Shown piece after piece: positions 9,632 to 21,119 of a stretch of DNA of 32,000 bases. The DNA comes from Candidatus Saccharimonadota bacterium. GTDB lineage: Bacteria; Pseudomonadota; Gammaproteobacteria; Enterobacterales; Enterobacteriaceae. Positions within the stretch are counted from its first letter, which is position 1, and the number at the start of each line of letters is the position of its first letter. Location: NCBI RefSeq assembly GCF_023585745.1, contig NZ_CP097762.1, positions 420,001 through 452,000 of the forward strand, read 5' to 3'. A program made the position numbers and the translations under genes. The notes under the pieces were generated by a model that saw only the letters and a list, made by a program, of their open reading frames with translations, was not told the DNA's origin and made no database searches.

Positions 9632-11017
9632 GTGATACAATTATCTCCATTAACTGCTATTTCACCCATAGATGGGCGCTATTACAAACAAACTACACAT
9701 TTGCGTAATATTTTTAATGAATTTAATCTAATAAAATTTAGATTATACATAGAAATTCACTGGTTAAAAAAACTATCTAATACCACAGAAATTAAAGAAA
9801 TACCTTTCTTTACCCCAAAAGAACACTATTTCTTAAATAATATAATAAAAAATTTTTCTATGCAGGATGCAAAAAATATAAAAAAAATAGAAAAAATTAC
9901 TCAACACGATATAAAAGCAATAGAATATTTTTTAAAAGAAAAAGTCGATATTTTACCTAATCTAAAAAAAATCAGCGAATTTATCCATTTTGGATGTACT
10001 TCAGATGATATTAATAATCTCGCATATGGATTAATGCTAAAAAATACTAAAAAAATAGTGCTATTACCTATGTGGAAAAAAATTATTGATGAAATAAAAA
10101 AAATGAGTGTTAACTATAAAAACATCCCATTTTTATCTAGAACACATGGACAACCTGCCACTCCTTCTACAATGGGAAAAGAAATGGCTAATATTGCGTA
10201 TCGACTAATACGACAATATCATCAATTAAAATCAATAAAAATTCTGGGAAAAATGAATGGAGCAGTGGGCAATTACAATGCCCATATATTAGCGTACCCA
10301 AAAATAAATTGGAGAAATATCAGTAGAGAATTTGTTACATCTTTAGGGATCACATGGAATCCATACACTACGCAAATAGAACCACATGACTATATTGCAG
10401 AATTATCTAACTGTATTAGATTATTTAATACTATTTTAATAAAATTTAATAGAGATATATGGGGTTATATAACCCTAAATTATTTTACACAAAATCGTAA
10501 CAATATGACTATTGGTTCTTCTACAATGCCGCATAAAACAAACCCTATAGAATTTGAAAATTCTGAAGGAAATTTAGGACTAGCTAATACGCTGCTTAAT
10601 CATTTCTCTCATAAACTACCAATATCACGTTGGCAACGTGATTTAAGTGATTCTACTGTACTAAGAAGTTTAGGTACAGCAATAGGATATGGTATAATAG
10701 CATACCATAATTTACTAAAAGGTATTAATAAACTAATAATTAATAAACAACATATATCAAACGAATTAAATAATAACTGGATAATATTAAGCGAAGCTAT
10801 TCAAATAATTTTAAGAAAAAATAAAATTCACAAATCTTATGAGCACACCAAAAAATTTTTTGACAATAATACAAAAATTAATTCTGAAACAATAAAAAAA
10901 TTTATACAATCACTTCCTCTACCTAAATCAGAAAAACTACGTTTAGAAAAAACTACTCCATCTAACTATATTGGCTTATCTAAGGAAATAACTAATGACA
11001 TTACAGATATTACATAA
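9632..11017 (+). CDS. purB: adenylosuccinate lyase
   Basis: 461 aa with a GTG start at 9632. LSPLTAISPIDGRYYKQTTHLRNIFNEFNLIKFRLYIEIHWLKKL matches E. coli PurB ([45 protein letters not shown]). The fumarate-lyase signature GSSTMPHKTNP is present. Confidence 0.96.
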   Translation: MIQLSPLTAISPIDGRYYKQTTHLRNIFNEFNLIKFRLYIEIHWLKKLSNTTEIKEIPFFTPKEHYFLNNIIKNFSMQDAKNIKKIEKITQHDIKAIEYFLKEKVDILPNLKKISEFIHFGCTSDDINNLAYGLMLKNTKKIVLLPMWKKIIDEIKKMSVNYKNIPFLSRTHGQPATPSTMGKEMANIAYRLIRQYHQLKSIKILGKMNGAVGNYNAHILAYPKINWRNISREFVTSLGITWNPYTTQIEPHDYIAELSNCIRLFNTILIKFNRDIWGYITLNYFTQNRNNMTIGSSTMPHKTNPIEFENSEGNLGLANTLLNHFSHKLPISRWQRDLSDSTVLRSLGTAIGYGIIAYHNLLKGINKLIINKQHISNELNNNWIILSEAIQIILRKNKIHKSYEHTKKFFDNNTKINSETIKKFIQSLPLPKSEKLRLEKTTPSNYIGLSKEITNDITDIT

Positions 11018-11384
11018 CCTCCATAATAAAATATATTTAATACAAATTAGTACCAGTAAATTTTACATTTCAACAATAAAACATTGCAATATTAATTTTA
11101 TTAAATAAAAATAAAACAAAAATTAAATATTTAATTCAAAAATATTAACAGTTTAATGCATTTAAAAACACCAAAAATATTTTTATATACTACACGCCTC
11201 AAAAATATAATCAGTTTTTTATAATCATAATGACAAATAACTTCATATTCTTGAAATAATATACACATCTCAATATACAATATGTTTTATAGCATTAATA
11301 TTATAATAAACACAACATACACTGAACATTATGAATTATTTAAATAATTAATAAAATATATCCATTATAAACAATTACTATAAA

Positions 11385-12635
11385 TTATTTTAATATTTGA
11401 CATAAATTTATTGATTTTATTGTTTTTGATACTGTATAATAACTAGTTGTTATACCAAACAATAATGTTAATACTAATATCAGTAGTATATCCCAGATAT
11501 CTAGTTTAGAAGGCAAAAAATCAATAAAATAAATTTTTGATAAAAAAATTTTTTTATTTAAAAATTTCTCAATAAATATAACTAAGTTATTTAAATTTAA
11601 AGATAGTAATATACTTAATACAGATCCTAAAATACTAGAAATTATATAAATAAGTAATCCATACCAAAAAAAAACACTTTCTATAAAAAAAGCCTTAGCC
11701 CCTAATGCACTAAATATTGCAATGTCGTGCTGTTTGTGTTTTATTGACAAAATAAGCGTTGCAATAACATTAAACACAGAAATTCCCACAATTAAAATCA
11801 TTATTATATATATAATAATATATACCATATAAATATCCTTATAAATATATCCATAATTATCTATCCAACTGTAAATATATACTTTTTCTTTTAAAACTTT
11901 TCTAATTTTCTGTACAACACTATTAACTGTAAAAATATTATTTACTTTAATCTCTACTCCTATAATATTAAACAACTCATTACAATAACTTTCTGCCTCT
12001 AAAAAAGATATAACTGCAAGATTACAATCTAATTGGCTCTGCAAATTTAACACTCCAGCTACTTGTAAAAATATTTTTTTGCATAGATAACGGTTATCTT
12101 GAGAAAAAAAATTATTATCAATTGCAATAGAAACCCAATCTCCTATTGTAACACCTAAAAAATCCGCTAATCCTTTTCCTAAAATAATTTGTTTTGTTTT
12201 TTTACAGAAAAAATTCCAAGAATTTTTATCTACAAAATCATATAGATCACTCGTCGCGCAAAAATTCTGATCAATATATACACTTCTAATACTAACTAAA
12301 TGCCACTTATAATTACACTCAATAATTCCGGAGAAATTAATGTAAGGATTCGCATATATAATATCTTTAATACCCTTAATACGGGGTAAAATAACCTTCC
12401 AATCAATACAAACTCCTTCAGCTGGCCTAATCTCCCCATGTGGAATCACTGCCAAAATACGATGACCCAATTCATATTTAAAACCATTTATTGTGCTTAA
12501 CGTTACTATAGACATAGTAATACCTACTATAATCCCAAGAATAGAAATCACAGATACTAAAGATATTAGTGCATTATTTTTTATACCTCTGTGTAATTTA
12601 AAAGCAATTCGTAATGATAGTATCATGCTACACAA
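11385..12635 (-). CDS. lolE: lipoprotein-releasing ABC transporter permease LolE
   Basis: 416 aa. ..[46 protein letters not shown].., [27 protein letters not shown] match E. coli LolE. Third gene of the lolC-lolD-lolE order; overlaps lolD by 8 nt. The alternative ATG at 12626 cannot be excluded. Confidence 0.92.
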   Translation of the reverse strand: MCSMILSLRIAFKLHRGIKNNALISLVSVISILGIIVGITMSIVTLSTINGFKYELGHRILAVIPHGEIRPAEGVCIDWKVILPRIKGIKDIIYANPYINFSGIIECNYKWHLVSIRSVYIDQNFCATSDLYDFVDKNSWNFFCKKTKQIILGKGLADFLGVTIGDWVSIAIDNNFFSQDNRYLCKKIFLQVAGVLNLQSQLDCNLAVISFLEAESYCNELFNIIGVEIKVNNIFTVNSVVQKIRKVLKEKVYIYSWIDNYGYIYKDIYMVYIIIYIIMILIVGISVFNVIATLILSIKHKQHDIAIFSALGAKAFFIESVFFWYGLLIYIISSILGSVLSILLSLNLNNLVIFIEKFLNKKIFLSKIYFIDFLPSKLDIWDILLILVLTLLFGITTSYYTVSKTIKSINLCQILK

Positions 12636-13338
12636 CCATATCCTGATGGATACGTGTACAAGTTACCAACTTTCCATTAGATATCGTTAATATTTTATGA
12701 CATTTTTTAGCTAAATTTAAATCATGTGTAGCAATTAAAAAAGTTGTTCCATAATTAACATTAATTTTTTTTAACAACTTAAAAATACTATTCGAATTTT
12801 TTTGATCTAAATTACCAGTAGGTTCATCTGCTAAAATTAAATCTGGATTATTTATTAATGCTCTAGCTATAGTAACTCGTTGATTTTCTCCTCCAGATAA
12901 TTCAGACGGAAAAAAATTAACACGATTTTTTAATCCAACGGATTCCAATGCACAATATGCCTTATCTTTTGCTTTTTTATACTCCATACCTCCAATTAAT
13001 AAAGGCATCGCTACATTCTCTACTATATTAAAATCTAGCAATAAATGATGGGATTGATAAATAAAACCTAAAAACTTATTACGTATCATAGCACGTGTGC
13101 TATCAGATAAATCATGTAACGCATATCCTTTAAAAAATATGGTTCCAGAAGTAGGATGATCTAATCCCCCTAATAAATGCAACAATGTACTTTTGCCAGA
13201 ACCTGATATCCCAATAACAGAAATCATTTGATTACTTTGTATACTTAAAGTAACACCATCTAATACTTTAACTAAAGAATTAGCAACCTTATAATATTTA
13301 GTTAACTGAATGCAATGCAATAATGAAATATTAGTCAT
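12628..13338 (-). CDS. lolD: lipoprotein-releasing ABC transporter ATP-binding protein LolD
   Basis: 236 aa. Walker [31 protein letters not shown] signature [15 protein letters not shown], Walker [13 protein letters not shown]. Flanked by the two permease genes. Confidence 0.95.
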   Translation of the reverse strand: MTNISLLHCIQLTKYYKVANSLVKVLDGVTLSIQSNQMISVIGISGSGKSTLLHLLGGLDHPTSGTIFFKGYALHDLSDSTRAMIRNKFLGFIYQSHHLLLDFNIVENVAMPLLIGGMEYKKAKDKAYCALESVGLKNRVNFFPSELSGGENQRVTIARALINNPDLILADEPTGNLDQKNSNSIFKLLKKINVNYGTTFLIATHDLNLAKKCHKILTISNGKLVTCTRIHQDMVV

Positions 13339-14542
13339 AACGTAATATTTTAGCGGGGTAAACAGACGCCGCCTTCCATGCAGGATATAAAGTAACTAAA
13401 AAAATTATGGAAAATGTCATAAAAATTATACTCAACACTTGAAAATACCATAATTCTATAGGAAGCTGATAAACAGCAGGAAACACTCTTAATAAATACA
13501 ATATTTGATTTAAATTTTTAGCTAAAAAAATCCCTAACCCTGTTCCTAATATAATGCCAAATACACCATTGCTCATACCCTGAATTATAAAAATTAATAA
13601 AATCTGTACACGAGTTATACCATATGTTCGCAACACAGCAATTTCTATTTGTTTTTCCGAAATTAACAACACTAAAAATGCAATAATATTAAAACTTGCT
13701 GTCACTATAATAATACTTAATAATAAAGACATGATATTTTTTTCTATTTTTATTGCTTGAAATAATGATCCCTTATATTCTTTCCAATCTTTATAAATCC
13801 AATCCTTGGAAAAACCTAAATAATTTTTTTTGTAAATTAAAAATGGATCATGCAACCATATGTGCCAGCCAGTAATACACTGAAACGGATAATGCATTAA
13901 AACAGCAGCATCCGAGTAATTTACTAATATTCGATCAGAATAACCAACCTCTTCAGTAATATCAGTATAAATATTTAATACTGTAAACAAACGCTGACTC
14001 GGAATACAACCAATAGGAGTAATTTGTATTACAGAAGGAACAATTAATCGAATTTGATCATTTACACATACACCAAGTGCTTTAGCTATTGATGATCCAA
14101 TAATTATATAATACTTGCCTAAAACTAATGCCCGTATATATTTACTATCGATATAATCTGATAAAGGCTCACAGTTATTTGGATCAATTCCTAACATTAT
14201 TCCACAAGCTAACTGTCTATTACTCTGCAGTATGACATTAGATATAACTAATGGTTTTAATGATACTTCATTATTTAAATCATTAAATATTACACTTGGC
14301 TTATTAACAATGCTAACATAACCTGCTAAATTCGTAAGTAATATATGGGGAATAAAATTCAAAAGATCTTTCTTAAATTCATTCTCAAATCCATTTAATA
14401 CAGATGACACAACAATCATTGCCATTACACCTAATGCGACCGCAAAACCAGATGTCCAATAAATATACCGACTAAATTTATTGATTGATTTGCCCCACAC
14501 ATAACGTAATGCTATTGTGAATAACACAGTTAGTCGAGCCAT
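13331..14542 (-). CDS. lolC: lipoprotein-releasing ABC transporter permease LolC
   Basis: 403 aa. [50 protein letters not shown] parallels E. coli LolC ([49 protein letters not shown]). FtsX-type C-terminal TM bundle. First gene of the operon. Confidence 0.92.
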   Translation of the reverse strand: MARLTVLFTIALRYVWGKSINKFSRYIYWTSGFAVALGVMAMIVVSSVLNGFENEFKKDLLNFIPHILLTNLAGYVSIVNKPSVIFNDLNNEVSLKPLVISNVILQSNRQLACGIMLGIDPNNCEPLSDYIDSKYIRALVLGKYYIIIGSSIAKALGVCVNDQIRLIVPSVIQITPIGCIPSQRLFTVLNIYTDITEEVGYSDRILVNYSDAAVLMHYPFQCITGWHIWLHDPFLIYKKNYLGFSKDWIYKDWKEYKGSLFQAIKIEKNIMSLLLSIIIVTASFNIIAFLVLLISEKQIEIAVLRTYGITRVQILLIFIIQGMSNGVFGIILGTGLGIFLAKNLNQILYLLRVFPAVYQLPIELWYFQVLSIIFMTFSIIFLVTLYPAWKAASVYPAKILRYD

Positions 14543-14696
14543 TATAAATGCTTTTAAATACCGATTGAACCTATCTTTACTTCTCTTTAAAATCAGAATA
14601 TAAGTATAATATATATAATCAATTTATTAAATGTTCTATATATGATATTAATTTTTAGTAATAGACATTATTATACTGAATACTTTAAAACTTTAT

Positions 14697-15275
14697 CTAT
14701 GCAGCACCATACATAACATATATTATTTCTCCGGATTTTACTGATATTAACTGAAACTCTAAATTCGGTTTGTCTGCATTTCCACATGCAATGCTATATA
14801 ATACATAATTAGCTTTTAAATAATTTGCAATTTTTATCGAAAAATTGTAAGAATTTTCATTATATTCTGGAAATACGCCAAATATTCGGTAAGCATAATA
14901 TAACGTATCCATGTTGATAACGCTATAACTTTTAACGTTCTCTATTATACATTGAATTAATGTGTTGGTAATATTATATATTTGTAATATACCATTAGTA
15001 TTATTTTTTATAATATTTACTAACAACACACTATCCTTTTCAAGGATATCAAAAAAAAGATTTTTTTTTAAAATATTTAATAAAATTGGTTTCCAATCGA
15101 CTAAACTAATTTTTTTTGGCGATAAAACAACTGGCGTTGTACATAACAAATCTATATTTTTACTGGACATACCGACGCCGTTACAAAAAAAAACCATACT
15201 AAAAAATAACAAAAATTTTAATATTTGTATGTACGTAATGTTTATAAAATACCTATAATAATTTATGTTATTCAA
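14697..15275 (-). CDS. lpoB: penicillin-binding protein 1B activator LpoB (YcfM)
   Basis: 192 aa. The C-terminal domain VDWKPIL..SVLLVNIIKNNTNGILQ...ANYVLYSIACGNADKPNLEFQLISVKSGEIIY parallels E. coli LpoB (YDWNGAM..SVLLVDSVNNRTNGSLN...AHYVLYSSASGNVNAPTLQMQLMLVQTGEIIW). Position next to hinT agrees with E. coli. The lipobox is non-canonical (MVFFC). Confidence 0.78.
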   Translation of the reverse strand: MNNINYYRYFINITYIQILKFLLFFSMVFFCNGVGMSSKNIDLLCTTPVVLSPKKISLVDWKPILLNILKKNLFFDILEKDSVLLVNIIKNNTNGILQIYNITNTLIQCIIENVKSYSVINMDTLYYAYRIFGVFPEYNENSYNFSIKIANYLKANYVLYSIACGNADKPNLEFQLISVKSGEIIYVMYGAA

Positions 15276-15424
15276 ATAATTTTAAAATCAATAAAATTGA
15301 ACAATTAAAACTAAATTTACTTAATCAAAAATTTTCACATGTTAAATAACTATGTTGTATATAAACATTATGTACAACATAAATAAAACAATTCTTCATA
15401 AATATAACACACAAAAATTTAATT

Positions 15425-15778
15425 TTATATGATTGATAATAAAGGACCTAAAAACTGACCACCTAATAAATGCATATGAATATGATACACTTCTTGACCA
15501 GAATGGTAATTACAGTTAATTATCAAACGATAACCTGAATTATGTATATTATTAAATTTTGCTATTTTCGCTGCTACTGTAAATAATCTGCCTAACATCT
15601 GTTCATCTTGGTCAGTAACATCGTTAACTGTAGGAATTAATTTATTAGGCACAATTAATACATGAACAGGTGCTTTGGGATTCTTATCATGAAATGCAGT
15701 CACTAAATCATCCTGATACAGGATGTCTGTTTTTATTTTTCCAGTAATAATGTCTATAAAAATATTATCTTTTTTCAT
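15425..15778 (-). CDS. hinT: HIT-family purine nucleoside phosphoramidase HinT
   Basis: 117 aa. [49 protein letters not shown]...[14 protein letters not shown] is collinear with E. coli HinT, including the HxHxHxx histidine triad. Confidence 0.93.
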   Translation of the reverse strand: MKKDNIFIDIITGKIKTDILYQDDLVTAFHDKNPKAPVHVLIVPNKLIPTVNDVTDQDEQMLGRLFTVAAKIAKFNNIHNSGYRLIINCNYHSGQEVYHIHMHLLGGQFLGPLLSII

Positions 15779-16025
15779 ATTTTAGACGGACACACTCATT
15801 CTACACATTACTTACTATATAAATATTAATTTTCTTAACTCTAAATTACCAAAAAATCCAAATTTAGATGCATAAAAGCAAAATTTGTTCTTATTAAATA
15901 CCACAATAAAACAATTTCATACAAACTTAAAATTTCTATATGTACATAATACATATTCATTAATATATAAAAATCACTTTAAAATATAATTTTTTATTAT
16001 AAATAATTCAAAAAAATCCTTTCTT

Positions 16026-16814
16026 TTAAGATTCTAACTGAAATAAAGCAAAAAAATTTTTTGTAGTAACCATAGCTAATTCATCAAGATCCACATTCTT
16101 TATATGTGCTACATATTTAGCAATTTCATATACGTAAGCTGGCTGGTTTTCCAAACCACGATATGGAACTGGAGTGAGATACGGAGAATCCGTTTCTAAT
16201 AAAATTCGATCTATAGGAACATATTTAATTACTTCTCTCAACATATAAAATTTATTAAATGTTACCATACCAGAAAAAGATATATAAAAATTAAGATTTA
16301 ATAACAATCTTGCATTTTCTAAATCTTCACTAAAACAATGCAATACACCGCTGCACTCTATAGCCTTTTCTTTACGCAATATAACAATGGTATCTTGAAT
16401 AGAATTACGACTATGCACAATAATTGGTTTCTTTATTGACTTAGCAACATGAATATGCTCTTGAAACACTTTTTTTTGTTTTATTTTATCCTGCACATTC
16501 GAACTATGATAATAATCTAAACCAGTTTCTCCAATAGCAACAACATTTGTTTTAGATGATAAAATATATAACATATCACTACTAAAATTTATTTCATTAA
16601 ACACACAAGTAGGATGTACTCCACAAGAAAACACAACATCTTTCCTACATCCTACAAGTTTCACCATATTATCATAATCCGACATCACAGTACTGACTGA
16701 CAAAAATAAATTTACCCCTTTTTTATTTGCTTTATTTAAAGCGTCTGAAACATTAGCATGAATACTTGTATAATTTAATTTATTTAAATGACAATGCGAA
16801 TCTACTAAAAACAT
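16026..16814 (-). CDS. ycfH: TatD-family metal-dependent hydrolase/DNase YcfH
   Basis: 262 aa. MFLVDSHCHL.., VVFSCGVHP, AIGETGLDYY, PIIVHSR, GVLHCFSED, FYISFSGMVTF, ETDSPYLTPVPYRGLENQPA all match E. coli YcfH. Lies immediately downstream of holB as in E. coli. Confidence 0.93.
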   Translation of the reverse strand: MFLVDSHCHLNKLNYTSIHANVSDALNKANKKGVNLFLSVSTVMSDYDNMVKLVGCRKDVVFSCGVHPTCVFNEINFSSDMLYILSSKTNVVAIGETGLDYYHSSNVQDKIKQKKVFQEHIHVAKSIKKPIIVHSRNSIQDTIVILRKEKAIECSGVLHCFSEDLENARLLLNLNFYISFSGMVTFNKFYMLREVIKYVPIDRILLETDSPYLTPVPYRGLENQPAYVYEIAKYVAHIKNVDLDELAMVTTKNFFALFQLES

Positions 16815-16820
16815 AATGTT

Positions 16821-17834
16821 TTATATACTCCAAGAGTTTAAACAATCTTCAGTAATATCATATTTCCAATTTAATAATCTATAAGTTAATAATAATTCAC
16901 GATTAATATTAGTATACTGTTTTAAACAACGCAAAAGTACCCACCATTTTTGTAAATGGTCACTAAGAGATAAAATATCCCATCTATCTGCAATAGCACT
17001 AATTAATTCTAGTTGATCTAAATTCATTAGAAATATATTCTTTACCCCCTGTTTCCACTTTAATGCATCTAAAATTATAGTAATCAACCAATATAAACAC
17101 ATATTTTCTATATAACTCAATCTAGATGAAAGTTTTAAAAAATCTCCATTAGTGATAATAGTATATGTAAATTTAAATAATTCCAATCGCTGTTCCCATA
17201 AATTTGATTTAAAAATATTTTTTGCTGCTATAGGAAATCCATCGCATAAACGTAATGCACACCTTGCTGATACAATATCAGCAGTAACTTGTTGTTTCAT
17301 TAACCATCGCAATCCAATTTCTTCTTTTGGAGAAGTAATACACCAACGCATACATCGACTCAATAAAGTCATTGATACCTGATTATAATCTTTAGTATGA
17401 AAGAAAAAAAAAGTATTTACAGGAGGCTCATCAATTATTTTTAATAAAGAATTAACAGCGGCATCCGTTAAACATTCCAAACGGCGTACAAATACAATTT
17501 TTGTTTTATTAGCATAAGCGCACTTATATATAGAATTTATACAAACACGTATAGTATCAACACCGACAATTCCAATGCTATCTTTCGCAATTATATCATA
17601 ATAATTAGGATGATTACCAACATGCATTAACTTACAATCATAACAAGCATTACAATATTTAGTATTGTATGGTTTCATACAAAATAACCAACGTATAATA
17701 AAATAAATTAAAACATCAACACCATTATCTTGTTTACTACTAAAAAGTAACGCATGATGTCCTTTTTTGTTCTTGTAAATACCTAATATTTTATTATAAA
17801 TATAGCTTAACCAAGGATACAAATACATAAGCAT
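16821..17834 (-). CDS. holB: DNA polymerase III subunit delta-prime
   Basis: YPWLSYIYNKILGIYKNKKGHHALLFSS, CNACYDCKLMHVGNHPNYY, LTDAAVNSLLKIIDEPP, LLSRC, NRELLL parallel E. coli HolB. The track ORF starts at 17864, but that adds 10 residues upstream of the conserved N-terminus. The ATG at 17834..17832 overlaps the tmk stop as TAATG, so I prefer it. The ATG at 17828 is also possible. Confidence 0.9.
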   Translation of the reverse strand: MLMYLYPWLSYIYNKILGIYKNKKGHHALLFSSKQDNGVDVLIYFIIRWLFCMKPYNTKYCNACYDCKLMHVGNHPNYYDIIAKDSIGIVGVDTIRVCINSIYKCAYANKTKIVFVRRLECLTDAAVNSLLKIIDEPPVNTFFFFHTKDYNQVSMTLLSRCMRWCITSPKEEIGLRWLMKQQVTADIVSARCALRLCDGFPIAAKNIFKSNLWEQRLELFKFTYTIITNGDFLKLSSRLSYIENMCLYWLITIILDALKWKQGVKNIFLMNLDQLELISAIADRWDILSLSDHLQKWWVLLRCLKQYTNINRELLLTYRLLNWKYDITEDCLNSWSI

Positions 17835-18481
17835 TACACTCTTAAAAGATCTTGTAACCACCAATCTAAAAACTTAAAAACAATACGACAAACCGAGTAT
17901 AAACTTTGAGAGGCATCAATTACAATAATTTTTTCTGTCGAATCAGAAATTAATTCCCAGTAACAAGATCGCACCTTTCTAAAAAAAATTAAAGACTCCT
18001 TCTCAATACGATCTAAAAACATTCTGTTTTTTATACGAGATACACTGATTTCTGGAGAAATGTCAAGATATAATGTGAGATTTGGAGATAAAAAATCCAT
18101 AATTTTTTTAGATAAAATTTTTAATAACAACTCATCAACCCCTCTTCCCCCTCCTTGATATGCCTGAGAAGATAAATTATATCTATCTCCTATTACCCAA
18201 TAACCCTGAGATAAAGCTGGTTTTATAACATTGGTCACTAATTGGAATCTTGCAGCATAAATCATCAATAATTCTGATATATCATGCACTGACTCATCAG
18301 CATAGCCACCATATTTTATCAGTGTACGCAATAAATCAGCTACCGCAGTACCTCCAGGATCACGAGTAGTTGTTATTTTAACAATACCATATTTTTTATA
18401 TAAATATCTTTTTATTGCATAAACAACAGTTGTTTTTCCTGATCCATCTAATCCTTCAACAACTATAAACTTGCTATTCAC
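17834..18481 (-). CDS. tmk: thymidylate kinase
   Basis: 215 aa. KFIVVEGLDGSGKTT (P-loop), TRDPGGT, LMIYAARFQLVTNVIKPALSQGYWVIGDRYNLSSQAYQGGGRG, LDRIE are collinear with E. coli Tmk. Confidence 0.95.
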   Translation of the reverse strand: MNSKFIVVEGLDGSGKTTVVYAIKRYLYKKYGIVKITTTRDPGGTAVADLLRTLIKYGGYADESVHDISELLMIYAARFQLVTNVIKPALSQGYWVIGDRYNLSSQAYQGGGRGVDELLLKILSKKIMDFLSPNLTLYLDISPEISVSRIKNRMFLDRIEKESLIFFRKVRSCYWELISDSTEKIIVIDASQSLYSVCRIVFKFLDWWLQDLLRV

Positions 18482-18823
18482 ACTGCTCTCTAAATTTAGA
18501 TATCAATTCCAGCAATAATATTCAATATACCTATATTAACTTTATGTAATAACATTAATTAAAATGCATACATATAAATATCTTTAAATTATTAAGAATT
18601 AAATATAACTTTGAAAATATTTCCATAAAAAAGAAACAAACACCAATAATCAAATTTCAATATATATAAAATACCAACAAATAATTAAACATTAAAACAA
18701 TTATTATAATTTTTCCAAATTTTAATTATAAAAAGAATAAATTCTCACTAATAAATACTATTTACATGATATTTTATGCAAATTATTTATTTTTTTCATG
18801 AATTACTTCAAAAATAAAAAAAT

Positions 18824-19654
18824 CTATAAAATTAGATTATTCTTAATATAAGAGTTTAACAAATTAAATAATGTCTTCTTTGAATATACACAATCATCAA
18901 TAGATTTTACAGATACTATTGGTAATAAAGTATTAGTAATAAATACCTCATCAGCACATTTTAAATGTTTTGGTCCCACCATAACTTGATTTACACTAAA
19001 TCCTAATTCTGACAGCAATTTTATTACTAATTGTCTCATAATTCCATTAACACCAGCATAATACAAAGACGGTGTAAATACTTCATATTTATATCGCCAA
19101 AAAATATTAGCACTACAACATTCTACAACGTTCCCATCAGTATCTAACACAAGCGCTTCATCTGCATCTGAATTTTTACCTATCCAATTAGCAATCATAA
19201 CTTGTTCTAATCTATTAATATGTTTGATACCTGACAAAATATCATTCCTAGACAACCGTATAATTGCCGTTTTTAATCTAATGCCTAAATTAACCCATTG
19301 TTCATAACAATTGGATAATTTACTTACACAAATAATACGCAACGGTTCAATATCACTTATATATCTGTATTTACACGGTGCATTATACAGATCAGATCTC
19401 ACGATAATTACTTTAATAACATCGAATTTACCACTGCAACTTGCCGCACTTAACATTTCTTTACGTATCACATTTATATCAAAACAATTAAACATTAATC
19501 TATTTGATGATATAATTAACCTATCTAAATGCAAGTCTAAAAATTCTATTTTTCCATTATTTAATTTAGCAGTAGTAAAAAATCCATCTCCAAAATGTAA
19601 ACCTCTATTATTTAAAGAAATCTTTTTATGGGGCACGCCATTTAACCAATACAT
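18824..19654 (-). CDS. pabC: aminodeoxychorismate lyase (folate branch)
   Basis: 276 aa. GLHFGDGFFTT, SGIKHINRLEQVMI, SDADEALVLDTDGNVVECCSANIFWR, TPSLYYAGVNGIMRQ match E. coli PabC (..QFGDGCFTT..AGIKHLNRLEQVLI..NADEALVLDSEGWVTECCAANLFWR..AGVNGIMRQ). Confidence 0.9.
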   Translation of the reverse strand: MYWLNGVPHKKISLNNRGLHFGDGFFTTAKLNNGKIEFLDLHLDRLIISSNRLMFNCFDINVIRKEMLSAASCSGKFDVIKVIIVRSDLYNAPCKYRYISDIEPLRIICVSKLSNCYEQWVNLGIRLKTAIIRLSRNDILSGIKHINRLEQVMIANWIGKNSDADEALVLDTDGNVVECCSANIFWRYKYEVFTPSLYYAGVNGIMRQLVIKLLSELGFSVNQVMVGPKHLKCADEVFITNTLLPIVSVKSIDDCVYSKKTLFNLLNSYIKNNLIL

Positions 19655-20012
19655 TTTATACCAAAATATTAAATTAATGATATTATAACTTATATGTATT
19701 TTGATTATCTAAAAATAAATAATATGAATCAGTATTTATCATTTTAGTAACATCTTCATACTGCAAAGCAACCAAATATTATTAGCAATAATAATATTAT
19801 AACAGTATCTTTATCATTCAAATAAAAACAATACACCATATAACAACTTCTACGTATATCAAGATTATTTATAATAACTTATATATAAGTATAGACTAAA
19901 AAATCTACGTAATTACAAAGAGTTATTTATAAATTTAAAATTTATACAACTATATATTTTATATACTATATATTTACATGTTCTTTGTCAATTAAACATT
20001 AAAAATACCAAA

Positions 20013-20267
20013 TTAATCAGTAATAACATTATTTTGATCATTATTACTTATAAAATCAATTGCTGCTTGTACAGTTGTAATTTTTTCAGCTGCTTCATCC
20101 GAAATTTCAATATCAAACTCCTCCTCTAAAGCCATAACTAATTCAACAGTATCAAGAGAATCAGCGCCAAGATCATTTACAAATGAAGCATGATTAACTA
20201 CTTCTTCTATTTTTACCCCTAATTGTTCAGCAACTATTTTTTTAACTTTTTCTTCTATAGTACTCAT
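20013..20267 (-). CDS. acpP: acyl carrier protein
   Basis: 84 aa. [73 protein letters not shown] is near-identical to E. coli ACP, including the DSL phosphopantetheine site. Has a short N/Q-rich C-terminal extension. Confidence 0.97.
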   Translation of the reverse strand: MSTIEEKVKKIVAEQLGVKIEEVVNHASFVNDLGADSLDTVELVMALEEEFDIEISDEAAEKITTVQAAIDFISNNDQNNVITD

Positions 20268-20384
20268 GTCTTTACTTTCCTATCAAAATAAATAGTTTTG
20301 CATCAAAATACAATACTATATTATCTATGTATCATTAAGATGATATTAAATTTTCTGTGCAATTAATAATACTACTACGTATAT

Positions 20385-21119
20385 TTACCCCATATACATT
20401 CCTCCATTAATATGAATAGTTTGTCCAGTAATATATTTTGCGGCATCAGAAGCAAAAAAAATCACCGTAAAAGCTACATCCTGTGGATCCCCAAATTTCT
20501 TAACAGGTATTTTTAATAAAATATCATTTTTTTGTTTATCAGTTAATTTATTTACCATATCTGTGCAAATAAATCCTGGTGCTACTAAGTTTACTGTAAT
20601 CCCTCGAGAAGCAATTTCACGAGCTAAAGATCTAGTGAAACCAATTAATCCTGATTTAGCAGCAGAATAATTAACCTGACCTGAATTACCTGTAAAACCG
20701 ACCACAGAACTAATACTAATAATCCTACCATAACGTTTTTTAATCATAGATTTTATCACTGCTTTAGACATACGATAAGCAGCAATTAAATTAACATCAA
20801 TTACAGAATGCCATTCATCATCTTTCATATGTAATAAAAGGTTGTCCTTAGTAATACCAGCATTATTTATTAATATATCAACACTACCAAATTCTCTATA
20901 TATCTGTTCTAAACCAGTATTAATAGAATATTGTTCGGTAACATCAAGCCTAATACCTTTGCCATTCTTTCCTAAAAAAATATTAATATCCTCTACACCC
21001 GATGCATTAGTTGCTGTACCTACTACAGTTGCTCCGTGTTCTGCAAACATTTCAATAATAGCGCGACCAATCCCACGTCTTGCGCCAGTTACCAAAACAA
21101 TTTTGTCGCTAAAATTCAT
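20385..21119 (-). CDS. fabG: 3-oxoacyl-ACP reductase
   Basis: MNFSDKIVLVTGARRGIGRAI..., NNAGITKDNLL, GRIISISSVVG..YSAAKSGLIGF, ITVNLVAPGFI, ITGQTIHINGGMYMG match E. coli FabG from its first residue (MNFEGKIALVTGASRGIGRAI). The track start at 21131 is a GTG lying inside an AGGAG Shine-Dalgarno (21135..21131). The ATG at 21119 is the likely start. Confidence 0.96.
   Translation of the reverse strand: MNFSDKIVLVTGARRGIGRAIIEMFAEHGATVVGTATNASGVEDINIFLGKNGKGIRLDVTEQYSINTGLEQIYREFGSVDILINNAGITKDNLLLHMKDDEWHSVIDVNLIAAYRMSKAVIKSMIKKRYGRIISISSVVGFTGNSGQVNYSAAKSGLIGFTRSLAREIASRGITVNLVAPGFICTDMVNKLTDKQKNDILLKIPVKKFGDPQDVAFTVIFFASDAAKYITGQTIHINGGMYMG

Noticed and set aside
19311-19688. 125-aa plus-strand ORF antisense to pabC. 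Similar antisense or shadow ORFs occur at 3399..3590, 8318..8518, 8860..9075, 12493..12690, 14962..15258, 17152..17382, 20842..21171 and 21468..21716. Further ones are at 23235..23498, 23613..23909, 23982..24269, 25583..25864, 28776..29045, 29942..30133 and 30266..30460.
   Set aside because: All are embedded in, and antisense to or out of frame with, genes that have clear orthology. None shows a recognisable domain. The G/C-richer coding regions of this genome naturally leave open antisense frames.
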